A DNA stretch of 41,302 nt, taken from positions 1-41,302 of the IMG/VR virus record IMGVR_UViG_3300035562_000122; one strand, written 5' to 3'. Made by a program: the position numbers and the translations under genes. The notes under the pieces are model-generated. The model searched no databases, was not told the origin of the DNA, and saw only the letters and a program-made list of their open reading frames with translations. Source of the DNA: a virus (lineage: Duplodnaviria; Caudoviricetes). Positions 1-7,552 of this stretch are shown in pieces (the stretch's first letter is position 1; every line of letters begins with the position of its first letter).

Positions 1-399
1 CGGGCATTTCAGCTCGAGGCCGAAATTGTTACTGCAAAGTCCGTCAGGGGAGCACGCGGTACGCATGCTCTCGTCACGGAACAAGATCGGAGACTCCGTG
101 ACTTTCACGTCAGTAGTGAACTCGAAGAGGGTGCGGGCGTCTTCCTCATACTGTTTGCCCCATGCCAGCGCCTTGGCGTTAACCTCTGGCGCGACGCCGG
201 TGCATACCTCGGCGAGCAGGGTATGGAAGTAGGACATTTTCATGCCCGTCCATTTGGTGCCGGAGCGCGGCTTGGAAATGACGTTATGCACTTCAGAGGC
301 AGTAATGACGCCAAGGCGCAGCCGGTGCCACGCCTCATCACCCTGTTGGATAGTGGTTACGTCAATGCCGGTTTGGGCAAGGATAATTTCTGGTGTCAT
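1..399 (-). CDS. exo: Lambda-type exonuclease (YqaJ/Red-alpha family), runs off the window edge
   Basis: Manual translation from ATG at 399 gives [47 protein letters not shown]...[20 protein letters not shown], closely matching lambda Exo. Absent from the ORF track because there is no stop in the window. Confidence 0.93.
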   Translation of the reverse strand, partial: MTPEIILAQTGIDVTTIQQGDEAWHRLRLGVITASEVHNVISKPRSGTKWTGMKMSYFHTLLAEVCTGVAPEVNAKALAWGKQYEEDARTLFEFTTDVKVTESPILFRDESMRTACSPDGLCSNNFGLELKCP

Positions 400-400
400 G

Positions 401-688
401 TCAGCAGTCCTTATGGTCATCCCACGGTCCGAATCCACCCACGTAAACGAAACCTCTCGATGGATCGCTAACATGTGTTTCGCGCTGTAGTCGCTCAATT
501 GAATTTCTGTCAATTGCCGCCTGGCGCATCTCAAGTGACTGATGACCTCTGCGACGACCATATTGCTTCCAATAGGCAGCACATGACTTACTGCAAAACT
601 GTGCCCATCCTCTTTTTCGATCAGCAACGCGGGCCATGAATTTGTCCGGGCAACACTTGCAGGTCACTTCAATGGTTTTCCCAGTCAT
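401..688 (-). CDS. Small Cys-rich putative Zn-finger protein inserted between bet and exo
   Basis: 95-aa ORF with CKCC...FCSKSC motif; ATG overlaps the bet stop (ATGA) and its stop lies 1 nt before the exo ATG. Confidence 0.75.
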   Translation of the reverse strand: MTGKTIEVTCKCCPDKFMARVADRKRGWAQFCSKSCAAYWKQYGRRRGHQSLEMRQAAIDRNSIERLQRETHVSDPSRGFVYVGGFGPWDDHKDC

Positions 689-1530
689 GCTGCCGCCTTA
701 GCTTTTTTCTGAAGGAAGTTGAACCCTTTCTGTGCCTCTTCTTCAGAGAGGTCTGACGCCTCAAGAATTGGCCGTTTGAATATGTCGCTGCACACTGGGA
801 GGAAGTCTTGCTCCCAGTCTTTATTCAGCGATGTTAAGAGATCGGTGATCGCCTGAAGCGTTTCTTCGCTTGCTGCTGGTGGAAGTGCTTCTGTGGTGCT
901 GCGCGGGGTGACGTCACGGATATCAACGTCCAGCGATTTGCCTTCCATTTCTTCGGCGGTAGGCTGCTGTCCAATCTCAGGCCATGCCTTACGCAACGCC
1001 TGGGCTTCTGCGCATTTAGCCAGCTGTCCGTATGGGCGCTTTTTCCACATCGCGTTCGGCGCCGTGGTGTCGCGACCGCCGGTGGCGTAGTTTTCAATCC
1101 AGTATTCTTTGGCGCTGAACTCGACTATCTCGCCGCTGGGCATGCGCTTGAAAACGGTGTATTTGCACCACTGAGGGAAGGTAACCTCGACACCAGTAAG
1201 CGTCTGAGTTACGTCGGGCCCGAACTCAGGCTCCCGAGCCCCGGCATAATCGCCGGAACGGTCTGCCTGAATGCGGTAAAGCCCGATGCCCGGCATTACC
1301 ACGTCGCGCCAATCACCTTTACCTGTTTTCGAGTCTTTGACGTACATCGGAACGAGGTGTACAGGCTTGAGCAACGGGTCCAGCTGGCGGGCGCGGCAGT
1401 AATCAAGCGCCATCATTACCGATTCGTCTTTGGCGCCAGGGTAGATGCTATTCTTCAGCGCACTCCAGGTGGAGACGTCGACACCTATCTCCTGAAGCGA
1501 ACTTACTGTGATTGTTAATTCGTTTTCCAT
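685..1530 (-). CDS. bet: Phage single-strand annealing recombinase (Bet/RecT family)
   Basis: YCRARQLDPLLKPVHLVP, GIGLYRIQADRSG and MWKKRPYGQLAKCAEAQALRKAWP motifs; upstream of exo. Start set at ATG 1530 after a GAGGGG SD. Confidence 0.9.
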   Translation of the reverse strand: MENELTITVSSLQEIGVDVSTWSALKNSIYPGAKDESVMMALDYCRARQLDPLLKPVHLVPMYVKDSKTGKGDWRDVVMPGIGLYRIQADRSGDYAGAREPEFGPDVTQTLTGVEVTFPQWCKYTVFKRMPSGEIVEFSAKEYWIENYATGGRDTTAPNAMWKKRPYGQLAKCAEAQALRKAWPEIGQQPTAEEMEGKSLDVDIRDVTPRSTTEALPPAASEETLQAITDLLTSLNKDWEQDFLPVCSDIFKRPILEASDLSEEEAQKGFNFLQKKAKAAA

Positions 1531-1548
1531 CGTTAATCCCCTCAAAAA

Positions 1549-1833
1549 TTAAAACGGGCAGCCGGTACGGTGTTCCCAGTCGTATTCAGCCTGGGCGTAC
1601 GCAACTGCCGAAATGAAATCGTTGTAGGCCTCACCAGCTTTATCACTGCGAAGCCCTTCGTAAGGAAGAGGGCCAGTCTGTAAAGATAAATAGAACAGTT
1701 GAATCTGATCTTTCGGCATCGTGGAGAGGATTGCTTTCGCCCGGTCGTCTACCCACCTCTCTTTCTCGTCGGTGAGTTGCTGCTCTACCCAGCGCCGATC
1801 TTCGATGCGGTCGTAAGTGAGGTATGCGTTCAT
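1549..1833 (-). CDS. Probable Gam-like host nuclease inhibitor (positional)
   Basis: 94-aa acidic protein directly upstream of bet; N-terminus MNAYLTYDRIE resembles lambda Gam MNAYYIQDRLE, while the rest is divergent. Confidence 0.55.
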   Translation of the reverse strand: MNAYLTYDRIEDRRWVEQQLTDEKERWVDDRAKAILSTMPKDQIQLFYLSLQTGPLPYEGLRSDKAGEAYNDFISAVAYAQAEYDWEHRTGCPF

Positions 1834-1840
1834 GGTTGCC

Positions 1841-2809
1841 TCAATATTTGATGTGCGCGTCCTGCACTTTGCCGCCAGCGATCGCCAGCAGTGCTTTCTG
1901 CGCGAATTCTTCGGGGATGCCCTGATCTATAAGGTCGGCGATAACGCGACGGTTGACGGTGCGGCGGTGCTCTTTGTCTGCGGCGCGGCGCGCTTCTTCT
2001 TCCGCTTTACGCCGCTCTTCAGCCAGGCGGGCGGCTTCTGCCTCTTCCAGGCGGAGGCGCTCGGCGGCAACGGCTTCTTCTTTTTCGCGTCGTGCACGCT
2101 CTTCCGCTTCCTGCTTCTCACGTGCTGCACGCTGTTCCGCTTCAATGCGCTGGCGCTCCGCCAGATCAGCGCGGGCTTTCTCTTCGGCTTCACGGCGCGC
2201 TGCGGCTTCAATCTCTGCTTTGTGCTTAGCTTCGGCATCACGGCGGGCTTGTTCTGCCGCTTCGCGCTTAATGCGATCTTCGTGCTCACGCTGTGCCTGT
2301 TCCGCCTGGCGGCGCTGCTCTTCGCGGTCACGGTCAAACTTGTCATTCATCAGCAGAGCCATTTCGTGGTCTGCCTCGATCTGCGCGGCTCGCTGGCGGT
2401 CGAACTCTCCGTTCATCTCCAGCGCTTCGGCGTGCAGCGCGTTCATGGCTTCTTCAGTCTTAATGCGTTCCTGCTCGGCTTCCCATTCGGTGAGTGGGCG
2501 GCGGGTCGCGTCGCGCAGCTCGTCGCAGGCATCAACGAAACGCTTAATTTCGGCCTCAGCCGGACGCACAGCTTCTTTCAGGCGCTTCAGGTATTCACGG
2601 CCCGGCTTTTCGATTGCAGTCTTACTGCGGGACACCTGCGCTGCCAGTGAGGCGACACGGTCACGACCTTTCTTCGTGGACAGGTCCGGCACTTCGTTCA
2701 CTGCAAGGCGGATCTGCTCGAGGTAAGCATCAAGGCAGCCAGATACGTAAAGCACTGGCGCCTGCTCCGGCTTGATTTCGATGACAGTTAAGTCCGTTAC
2801 TTCGCTCAT
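1841..2809 (-). CDS. Conserved phage coiled-coil protein (E/A/R-rich), function unknown
   Basis: AGGAG SD before ATG 2809 (MSEVTDL...); long charged helical repeats and no TM segment. Confidence 0.8.
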   Translation of the reverse strand: MSEVTDLTVIEIKPEQAPVLYVSGCLDAYLEQIRLAVNEVPDLSTKKGRDRVASLAAQVSRSKTAIEKPGREYLKRLKEAVRPAEAEIKRFVDACDELRDATRRPLTEWEAEQERIKTEEAMNALHAEALEMNGEFDRQRAAQIEADHEMALLMNDKFDRDREEQRRQAEQAQREHEDRIKREAAEQARRDAEAKHKAEIEAAARREAEEKARADLAERQRIEAEQRAAREKQEAEERARREKEEAVAAERLRLEEAEAARLAEERRKAEEEARRAADKEHRRTVNRRVIADLIDQGIPEEFAQKALLAIAGGKVQDAHIKY

Positions 2810-2879
2810 GGTTTCTCCTGAAATTTGGATGTGCAGATCCCGCCCGCAGAAAGCCAGGCCGATCGGTTGAATAGGGTGG

Positions 2880-3092
2880 TTAGTGCTGGATAGGGTTTCC
2901 GTGACCGTCGAGCAGTACGTCAATCATCACGCAGTCACTGAGGCGGATGATTTCGGCGTCGGTGTGCAGGTACACGCATTTGCGCTCTTGGATGACCGCT
3001 GAGACACGATAGGTGCGCCCCTTATGCATCGCCATCATTCCCGGCGTTAAGCACTGGCGAATGAGTGGCGTCGTTCCATAGTGATGCATCAT
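2880..3092 (-). CDS. kilR: KilR-like cell-division (FtsZ) inhibitor
   Basis: HHYGTTPLIRQCLTPG..HKGRTY..V.LDGHGNP parallels Rac prophage KilR (HHFGTDEIPRQCVTPG..HEGRTY); lies in the kil position. Confidence 0.75.
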   Translation of the reverse strand: MMHHYGTTPLIRQCLTPGMMAMHKGRTYRVSAVIQERKCVYLHTDAEIIRLSDCVMIDVLLDGHGNPIQH

Positions 3093-3250
3093 TTTTTACG
3101 CTCCAGTTGCTCAAGGATTCCTGCGATGTGCAGCTGCCAGCGGTTCATGGTTATCTTTTCGCGGGGCTTATCGACTGAAACGAGCTGCCAGTGGTGGCCA
3201 TCTGCCATTTTTTTGATGGTGTACTGCTTGCTGTTGTGGGTGACTGTCAT
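3089..3250 (-). CDS. Small hypothetical early protein (53 aa)
   Basis: GAGGA SD before ATG 3250 (MTVTHNSKQY...); abuts the kilR start. Confidence 0.7.
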   Translation of the reverse strand: MTVTHNSKQYTIKKMADGHHWQLVSVDKPREKITMNRWQLHIAGILEQLERKK

Positions 3251-3341
3251 AAATCCTCTTGGCCTTATCGTGGCGAACGGAACGTTGATACATTGCATCC
3301 GGCGCATTCGCCGTAATAGGGCGGTGGATGGCCGCCCGGTT

Positions 3342-3378
3342 CATAACTAAGCCGCCTCTGTGAAGCGACTGAGGTATG
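3342..3378 (-). other. Internal-loop hairpin, RNase III-like processing site candidate
   Basis: Minus strand CATA-CCTC-AGTCGCTTC-ACA-GAGGCGGCT-TAGT-TATG: 9-bp stem, 4x4 internal loop and 4-bp lower stem. Confidence 0.5.
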
Positions 3379-3385
3379 AGGCATT

Positions 3386-3406
3386 AAAAAACACGCCGGA
3401 GCGGGT
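3386..3406 (-). terminator. Weak intrinsic terminator (tL-like)
   Basis: ACCCGC-TCCG-GCGTGT-TTTTT on the minus strand with one stem mismatch; follows the 3406..3681 ORF. Confidence 0.4.
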
Positions 3407-3681
3407 CAGTCTTCGTTACCTTCACCAACGAGCTGAGTAAGCTCAGCTTGGGAAGGTTTTTGCCAGTTGAGTATCTGGCCAGTTTCAATATCGATATCCA
3501 GTTCGAGATAGTCACCGTAGTGCTGGCCAGGGAAGCAATCCGGAACATATTCATCTTCAATGCTACGAACAGTGTTCCCATCAGCATCGATGATCTCAGC
3601 CGTAAATCTGTCGCACACCTTAATGCAGGTCTTGATGCGCTTTACGTCTACATCAACCTTCACGCATAATTCAGTTTTCAT
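3406..3681 (-). CDS. Acidic hypothetical phage protein (91 aa), first ORF of the PL operon
   Basis: GAGGGTAAGGGG upstream of ATG 3681; YVPDCFPGQHYGDYLELDIDIETGQILNW motif. Confidence 0.75.
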   Translation of the reverse strand: MKTELCVKVDVDVKRIKTCIKVCDRFTAEIIDADGNTVRSIEDEYVPDCFPGQHYGDYLELDIDIETGQILNWQKPSQAELTQLVGEGNED

Positions 3682-3689
3682 CCCCTTAC

Positions 3690-4394
3690 CCTCTGTAGTT
3701 ACCCGCTGATGCGGGAGAAATGCTTTGGTCGGTGTGGTGGACTGGCACTGAGTCGCCACTCTCACTTACTTCCTGAGCGCCCTGTTTCTGTATTGGCAAA
3801 CAACAATCTGCCCAGCCGGTTTTCAGGTCTTATCACACTGCTAGCGTTGCACCTCGCTTGAGGACACCGCCACCACACCCCGAAGCACTTCGCCACACTC
3901 TCGCAGTGGCCGCGCTCATGCCCTTGAGTCTCTGTCGCTCATCGCCGCTCATAACCGGTGTGCATCTGGCTTTTACACTGCTTGACCGGCATACCCTTTT
4001 CCTCAGTTAACCCTGACCAGCGGTATGTCGCAGTTCGGACCTGCGTCTGGCTCTCGCATGGAGACTCGGGGCCACATAATGACTGTGGCGTGTACGGGCG
4101 GTCTTACCGCTTTACTGCTTCATGGCTCACCTCCAGGTCATTTGGGGTTGAAAGATATTCGCGCTTCGCACCTCTCTTCCTGCCAGTGTTGCCCGTTCTC
4201 ACGCCTTCATCGCTCTCGCGAGGGGATAGCCTTCTCACCGACCGGTTCGCCGCCGGTGATACGCCGCATTTGTGCGTAGGGGTCTAAACAGGATTACTGA
4301 GTGCTGTTCCGACTTTGCATGTTGTTAATGAGCAGCCTGACTTGCGTCTGGCGCGGCTTAACTCTGGTGGCCGCATCGCTGTGTTGTTGCGATG
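3690..4394 (-). ncRNA. Long structured PL leader RNA (several closed multi-stem domains, boxA-like element)
   Basis: No credible long ORF on the transcribed strand. Long-range stems at 3731-3740/3870-3879, 3891-3897/4084-4090, 3906-3911/4070-4075 and 3926-3932/4061-4067. TGCTCATTAACA boxA-like sequence near 4323-4334. Confidence 0.6.
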
Positions 4395-4399
4395 GATTT

Positions 4400-4462
4400 A
4401 TAATAGCGATGAGTATTGTTTATAGCAATACGTATTGATATTGAATAATAGCAATTGGTATT
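4400..4462 (-). promoter_or_regulatory. PL promoter and OL1-3 operators
   Basis: Minus strand TTGCTA-17-TATTAT. 16-bp imperfect palindromes AATAGCGATGAGTATT (4402-4417), TATAGCAATACGTATT (4421-4436) and AATAGCAATTGGTATT (4447-4462). Confidence 0.8.
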
Positions 4463-4558
4463 AAAGTGTTGATAGCTAAAGGAATTTAATTTGTTTTTTT
4501 CGAGTGATTTAGATGTGTTTAGTGCTTTGTAGTGGCGATGGTCTTGGCGAAGGGCAAT

Positions 4559-4584
4559 AAAAAACCCAGCGCTATGGCTGGGTT
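4559..4584 (-). terminator. Intrinsic terminator of the cI-lipoprotein transcript
   Basis: AACCCAGC/GCTGGGTT stem followed by a T-run on the minus strand. Confidence 0.8.
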
Positions 4585-4602
4585 ATTCATGGATGTTAAG
4601 AT

Positions 4603-5085
4603 TTATCGGGTAACCATTACAGTATTGTTCTGTCCTGGTTTGACGGATGCGGCAGACATCAGCGCGCCGCCTTCAGTCACCAGCCCGTAGGTGGATGGGC
4701 GCATCCAGGTAACGCTGGTCTGAACGTAATATTCTCCAGGGGCAATATTGTCGAACTCAAACTTACCCTGCGCATCAGCAATCGTGACTTTCTCATACTT
4801 CGCTGCGCGCATATCCTCTTTGTTGCAACGAACTGGTCCCATACAGGTGGCGAACTGGAAGTCGGTATAGGATGTCTTCGGCATTAAGACTACCTGGCTA
4901 CCAGCTGCGACTTTTACGTCACCACCCATAGTCTTGAGGAATGCTTGGCCAGTCAATTTTTCAGCGCCGTCGAGTTTCAACTTTTCATATTCTGCCTGCG
5001 GGAATGGTGGCAGGTTTACCGGTTTTGGAATTGATACGCATCCAGAGAGAAGTGCTGCTGTCGCTGCAATTAATAGCTTTTTCAT
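4603..5085 (-). CDS. Lipoprotein with beta-sandwich (carboxypeptidase-regulatory-like) domain, rex position
   Basis: MKKLLIAATAALLSG|C lipobox, AAGGA SD, and an ADAQGKFEFDNIAPGEYYV Ig-like motif. Confidence 0.8.
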   Translation of the reverse strand: MKKLLIAATAALLSGCVSIPKPVNLPPFPQAEYEKLKLDGAEKLTGQAFLKTMGGDVKVAAGSQVVLMPKTSYTDFQFATCMGPVRCNKEDMRAAKYEKVTIADAQGKFEFDNIAPGEYYVQTSVTWMRPSTYGLVTEGGALMSAASVKPGQNNTVMVTR

Positions 5086-5123
5086 GATAGTCCTTGCTGT
5101 GAAAATCCTTTGCAGAATAATTA

Positions 5124-5828
5124 TTAACCGTGTTTTCTGTATGTCTGCGGCATACTGCCAATCACTTTGCCGAACACGAAGATTTTGTTCATCTCTTCTT
5201 TTTCGATCGGCTCCCATGGGCGGTAGGTCTGATTATCGGATATGACCAGCAGTTTATCTTTCATTTTCTGCAGGCGCTTAACGTGCGATGTGTCATCGTA
5301 GATGAAGGCGTAAATACCATCGCCATCAAAGTGCTGGACGCTGATATCCACAAAAAGCAGATCGCCAGGCTCAATAGTGCCAGACATGCTGTCGCCGCGG
5401 ACGTTGATAATTCTGATCTGTTCTGCCTTCCTGCCATTGAACATCCGGCGAGCATCTTCTACTGAATATTCCACGGATCTAAGCACCTCTACAAACTCGC
5501 TATTGATCGCGCCTGGTCCAGCGCTAACACAAAAGTCTAGTGCTTCAATTCGAAAAGTGTCTGTAGGTGCAAGCTCTGTTTTTGGCTGCGAAGTTACGCG
5601 CACCTGGCCATCTGCACGCATTGGCCCAACTCCGGTTGAAAGCCACTCAGTGCGAACGCCAAGCGCATTGGCGATCTCAACGATTTTAGTCGAGCCACGC
5701 GCATTACCGCTGGTCAGCCTCCAGATAGTGGGCTGAGCAATGCCGGCCGCTTTAGCTAAAGCGCCCTGAGACATGCCAGATAGTTCCATTGCCTGATTCA
5801 GGCGTTCTGCAAGAGTTTCTTTTTTCAT
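5124..5828 (-). CDS. cI: CI repressor (XRE HTH + S24 autopeptidase)
   Basis: N-terminal HTH (SQGALAKAAGIAQPTIWRL), SAG cleavage site, GDSM catalytic Ser and VKRL Lys; divergent from cro. Confidence 0.95.
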   Translation of the reverse strand: MKKETLAERLNQAMELSGMSQGALAKAAGIAQPTIWRLTSGNARGSTKIVEIANALGVRTEWLSTGVGPMRADGQVRVTSQPKTELAPTDTFRIEALDFCVSAGPGAINSEFVEVLRSVEYSVEDARRMFNGRKAEQIRIINVRGDSMSGTIEPGDLLFVDISVQHFDGDGIYAFIYDDTSHVKRLQKMKDKLLVISDNQTYRPWEPIEKEEMNKIFVFGKVIGSMPQTYRKHG

Positions 5829-5934
5829 GACTTTAAATTTATACGCTTGCGTATTGATGGTCAAAACACGTTTAGCTATTGCTTAAATCAATACGCATTG
5901 CTATTATCAATTCACGCCAATACTCATAGGAATT
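5829..5934. promoter_or_regulatory. OR operators with PR (+) and PRM (-)
   Basis: PR: TTGCTT(5879)-17-TATTAT(5902). PRM: TTGACC-17-TAAATT, 7 nt before the cI ATG. Operator-like 16-mers at 5840-5855, 5865-5880, 5890-5905 and 5919-5934 match the OL consensus. Confidence 0.8.
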
Positions 5935-5939
5935 GGAAC

Positions 5940-6167
5940 ATGACGAACAAAACCATCCAGCGAGCCATTGATATTGCTGGTAGCCAGAAGAAATTAGCCG
6001 ACCTGTGCGGCGTGGCTCAGCCGACAGTTTGGCGCTGGTTGCACGGCGGCGGTATTGATGCCCGCTACGTAATGAAAATCGTGTCTGCGACCAACGGGAA
6101 ACTTAAACCAGCAGATATCCGCCCAGATCTCGCTCAGTTACTTGGGGCGAATAACACAGCCGCCTAA
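5940..6167 (+). CDS. cro: Cro/YdaS-like HTH repressor
   Basis: GSQKKLADLCGVAQPTVWRW HTH and IRPDL C-terminal motif; first gene of PR. Confidence 0.9.
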   Translation: MTNKTIQRAIDIAGSQKKLADLCGVAQPTVWRWLHGGGIDARYVMKIVSATNGKLKPADIRPDLAQLLGANNTAA

Positions 6168-6195
6168 CTGGCGGCCTAACTACAAGGGAATGCAC

Positions 6196-6741
6196 ATGCA
6201 ATCACTTGCTTATCAACAGAGTACCGGATTTAGCCAAAGCGGTCTGATTATAGCGAATCAGCACCATGTCAAACCCCGGGATGTAACACATGAAGATATC
6301 CGCATAGCTGTCAGAGCGTGGGCATCGGAGTGCCGTAGCCGCGAATATGTCGCTGAGTTGATAGTCAATGAGTGGCGGGAGAACGGCGGGGATGGTCTGG
6401 ACATTCCAGCCGATCCATATCTGCAGATGCAGAAAGTATTCCGCTGGCTGGACGGTGACACGAAATACGCGGTCGAGAATATCCGCCAGTTGACCCCAGC
6501 AATCATGGCAGTTCTTCCGCTCGAATATCGCGGGCGCCTGGTGCCTCAGAACGACACCATGTCGCTTATCGCCGATGCCATCAAAGAGTGCGGAGAAGCC
6601 AAACAGGCTGTGCTCCTGAACGCTCCAGAGCATCAGAAGCTGAAAGAGGTAAGCGAGGGTATAGCGTCGCTGTTCCGCCTCATGCCGGAGCAGGTAGGAC
6701 CGCTGATGACGATGGTCACGTCGATGCTGGGGGTTATGTGA
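6196..6741 (+). CDS. YdaT-family / CII-position transcriptional regulator
   Basis: IRIAVRAWA, QKVFRWLD, LTPAIMAVLPLEYR and KEVSEGIASLFRL motifs; immediately after cro. Confidence 0.8.
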   Translation: MQSLAYQQSTGFSQSGLIIANQHHVKPRDVTHEDIRIAVRAWASECRSREYVAELIVNEWRENGGDGLDIPADPYLQMQKVFRWLDGDTKYAVENIRQLTPAIMAVLPLEYRGRLVPQNDTMSLIADAIKECGEAKQAVLLNAPEHQKLKEVSEGIASLFRLMPEQVGPLMTMVTSMLGVM

Positions 6742-6826
6742 GAGGCACCAGAAAAGAAAAAGCCCTTGAAGCGGTAACTTCAAAGGCCTTCCAAACACCG
6801 TGTTACGCCAAGTAACGGGAGTAAGT

Positions 6827-7543
6827 ATGACTTTCACTGTTGACAAAGTAAAGGCGCAGGAACTGCGTGAACAAATAATCGATGGGGTCCTAAAAATTGA
6901 CCCTGAAGAGATACTTACGATGCTCATCCCGGAAGATTTTTCGTTGAACGGATGGGTTTACGTTTTAAGCAACGAAGCGATGCCGGGAATCTACAAGATT
7001 GGCATGACAACCTCATCTCCCGAGGTGAGGGCCAGAGAGGTATCGCAAGGTACCGGCGTGCCAATGCCGTACGTTGTTGAGCACGCTTTTCACAGCTATC
7101 AACCTCGGCAGGATGAAGCGGATATTCATGAGTTTCTTGGTGAGTATCGCCTCAACCCAAACAGGGAATTCTTCAAATGCGAAATGGACATCATCCTCGA
7201 CGCAATTGATGGGCAAGGGCTGGTTCATAGAAACACCAGTGTTGAAGCCCTGGCAGACAATTGCGAGGTGATTACCTTCCAAAAGAAAGGGCGCCTCAAT
7301 CTTTCTGAGCTTTTCGACGATATCGGCGTATCAACATTCGGCGATCAGTTCGCTATTGCTGAGGGCCTAATAAGAATGGCTTGCCGCATGGTTAAGCGTC
7401 AGACGATTGAAGGGTATTCGGTGCTTTTATCTGAAGGAAAGGCCCAGCGAGTAAAGCAAGATATTACCCAGCAGTACGAGCATTACCTCTCTTCAAATGC
7501 AGAACAAAATCACAGCAAAGATATTAACCACGGCCAACTCTAA
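6827..7543 (+). CDS. T5orf172 / GIY-YIG-like domain protein
   Basis: GWVYVLSNEAMPGIYKIGMT..PEVRARE..TGVP.PY...E..IH..L..YR.NPNREFF signature. Confidence 0.85.
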   Translation: MTFTVDKVKAQELREQIIDGVLKIDPEEILTMLIPEDFSLNGWVYVLSNEAMPGIYKIGMTTSSPEVRAREVSQGTGVPMPYVVEHAFHSYQPRQDEADIHEFLGEYRLNPNREFFKCEMDIILDAIDGQGLVHRNTSVEALADNCEVITFQKKGRLNLSELFDDIGVSTFGDQFAIAEGLIRMACRMVKRQTIEGYSVLLSEGKAQRVKQDITQQYEHYLSSNAEQNHSKDINHGQL

Positions 7544-7552
7544 GGTGGAAAC

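Noticed and set aside
1817-2726. Long plus-strand ORFs (277 aa, 257 aa) and an alternative minus frame
   Set aside because: Shadow ORFs opposite the repetitive E/A/R-rich coiled-coil gene; low-complexity products with no SD.
1841-2809. TolA-like call for the coiled-coil protein
   Set aside because: Similarity would be compositional only; there is no N-terminal TM anchor or TolA C-terminal domain.
3958-4287. Plus-strand ORFs (109 aa, 84 aa) in the PL leader as N or accessory genes
   Set aside because: Wrong strand for PL, no SD, no Arg-rich motif; better explained by GC-rich structured RNA.
4300-4394. Direct identification as an HK022 put element or lambda nutL
   Set aside because: Only a boxA-like sequence and generic hairpins are visible; no boxB or put match can be confirmed by eye.
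6202-6927. 241-aa minus-strand ORF
   Set aside because: Antisense to the well-supported YdaT-like gene, with no recognisable motif.
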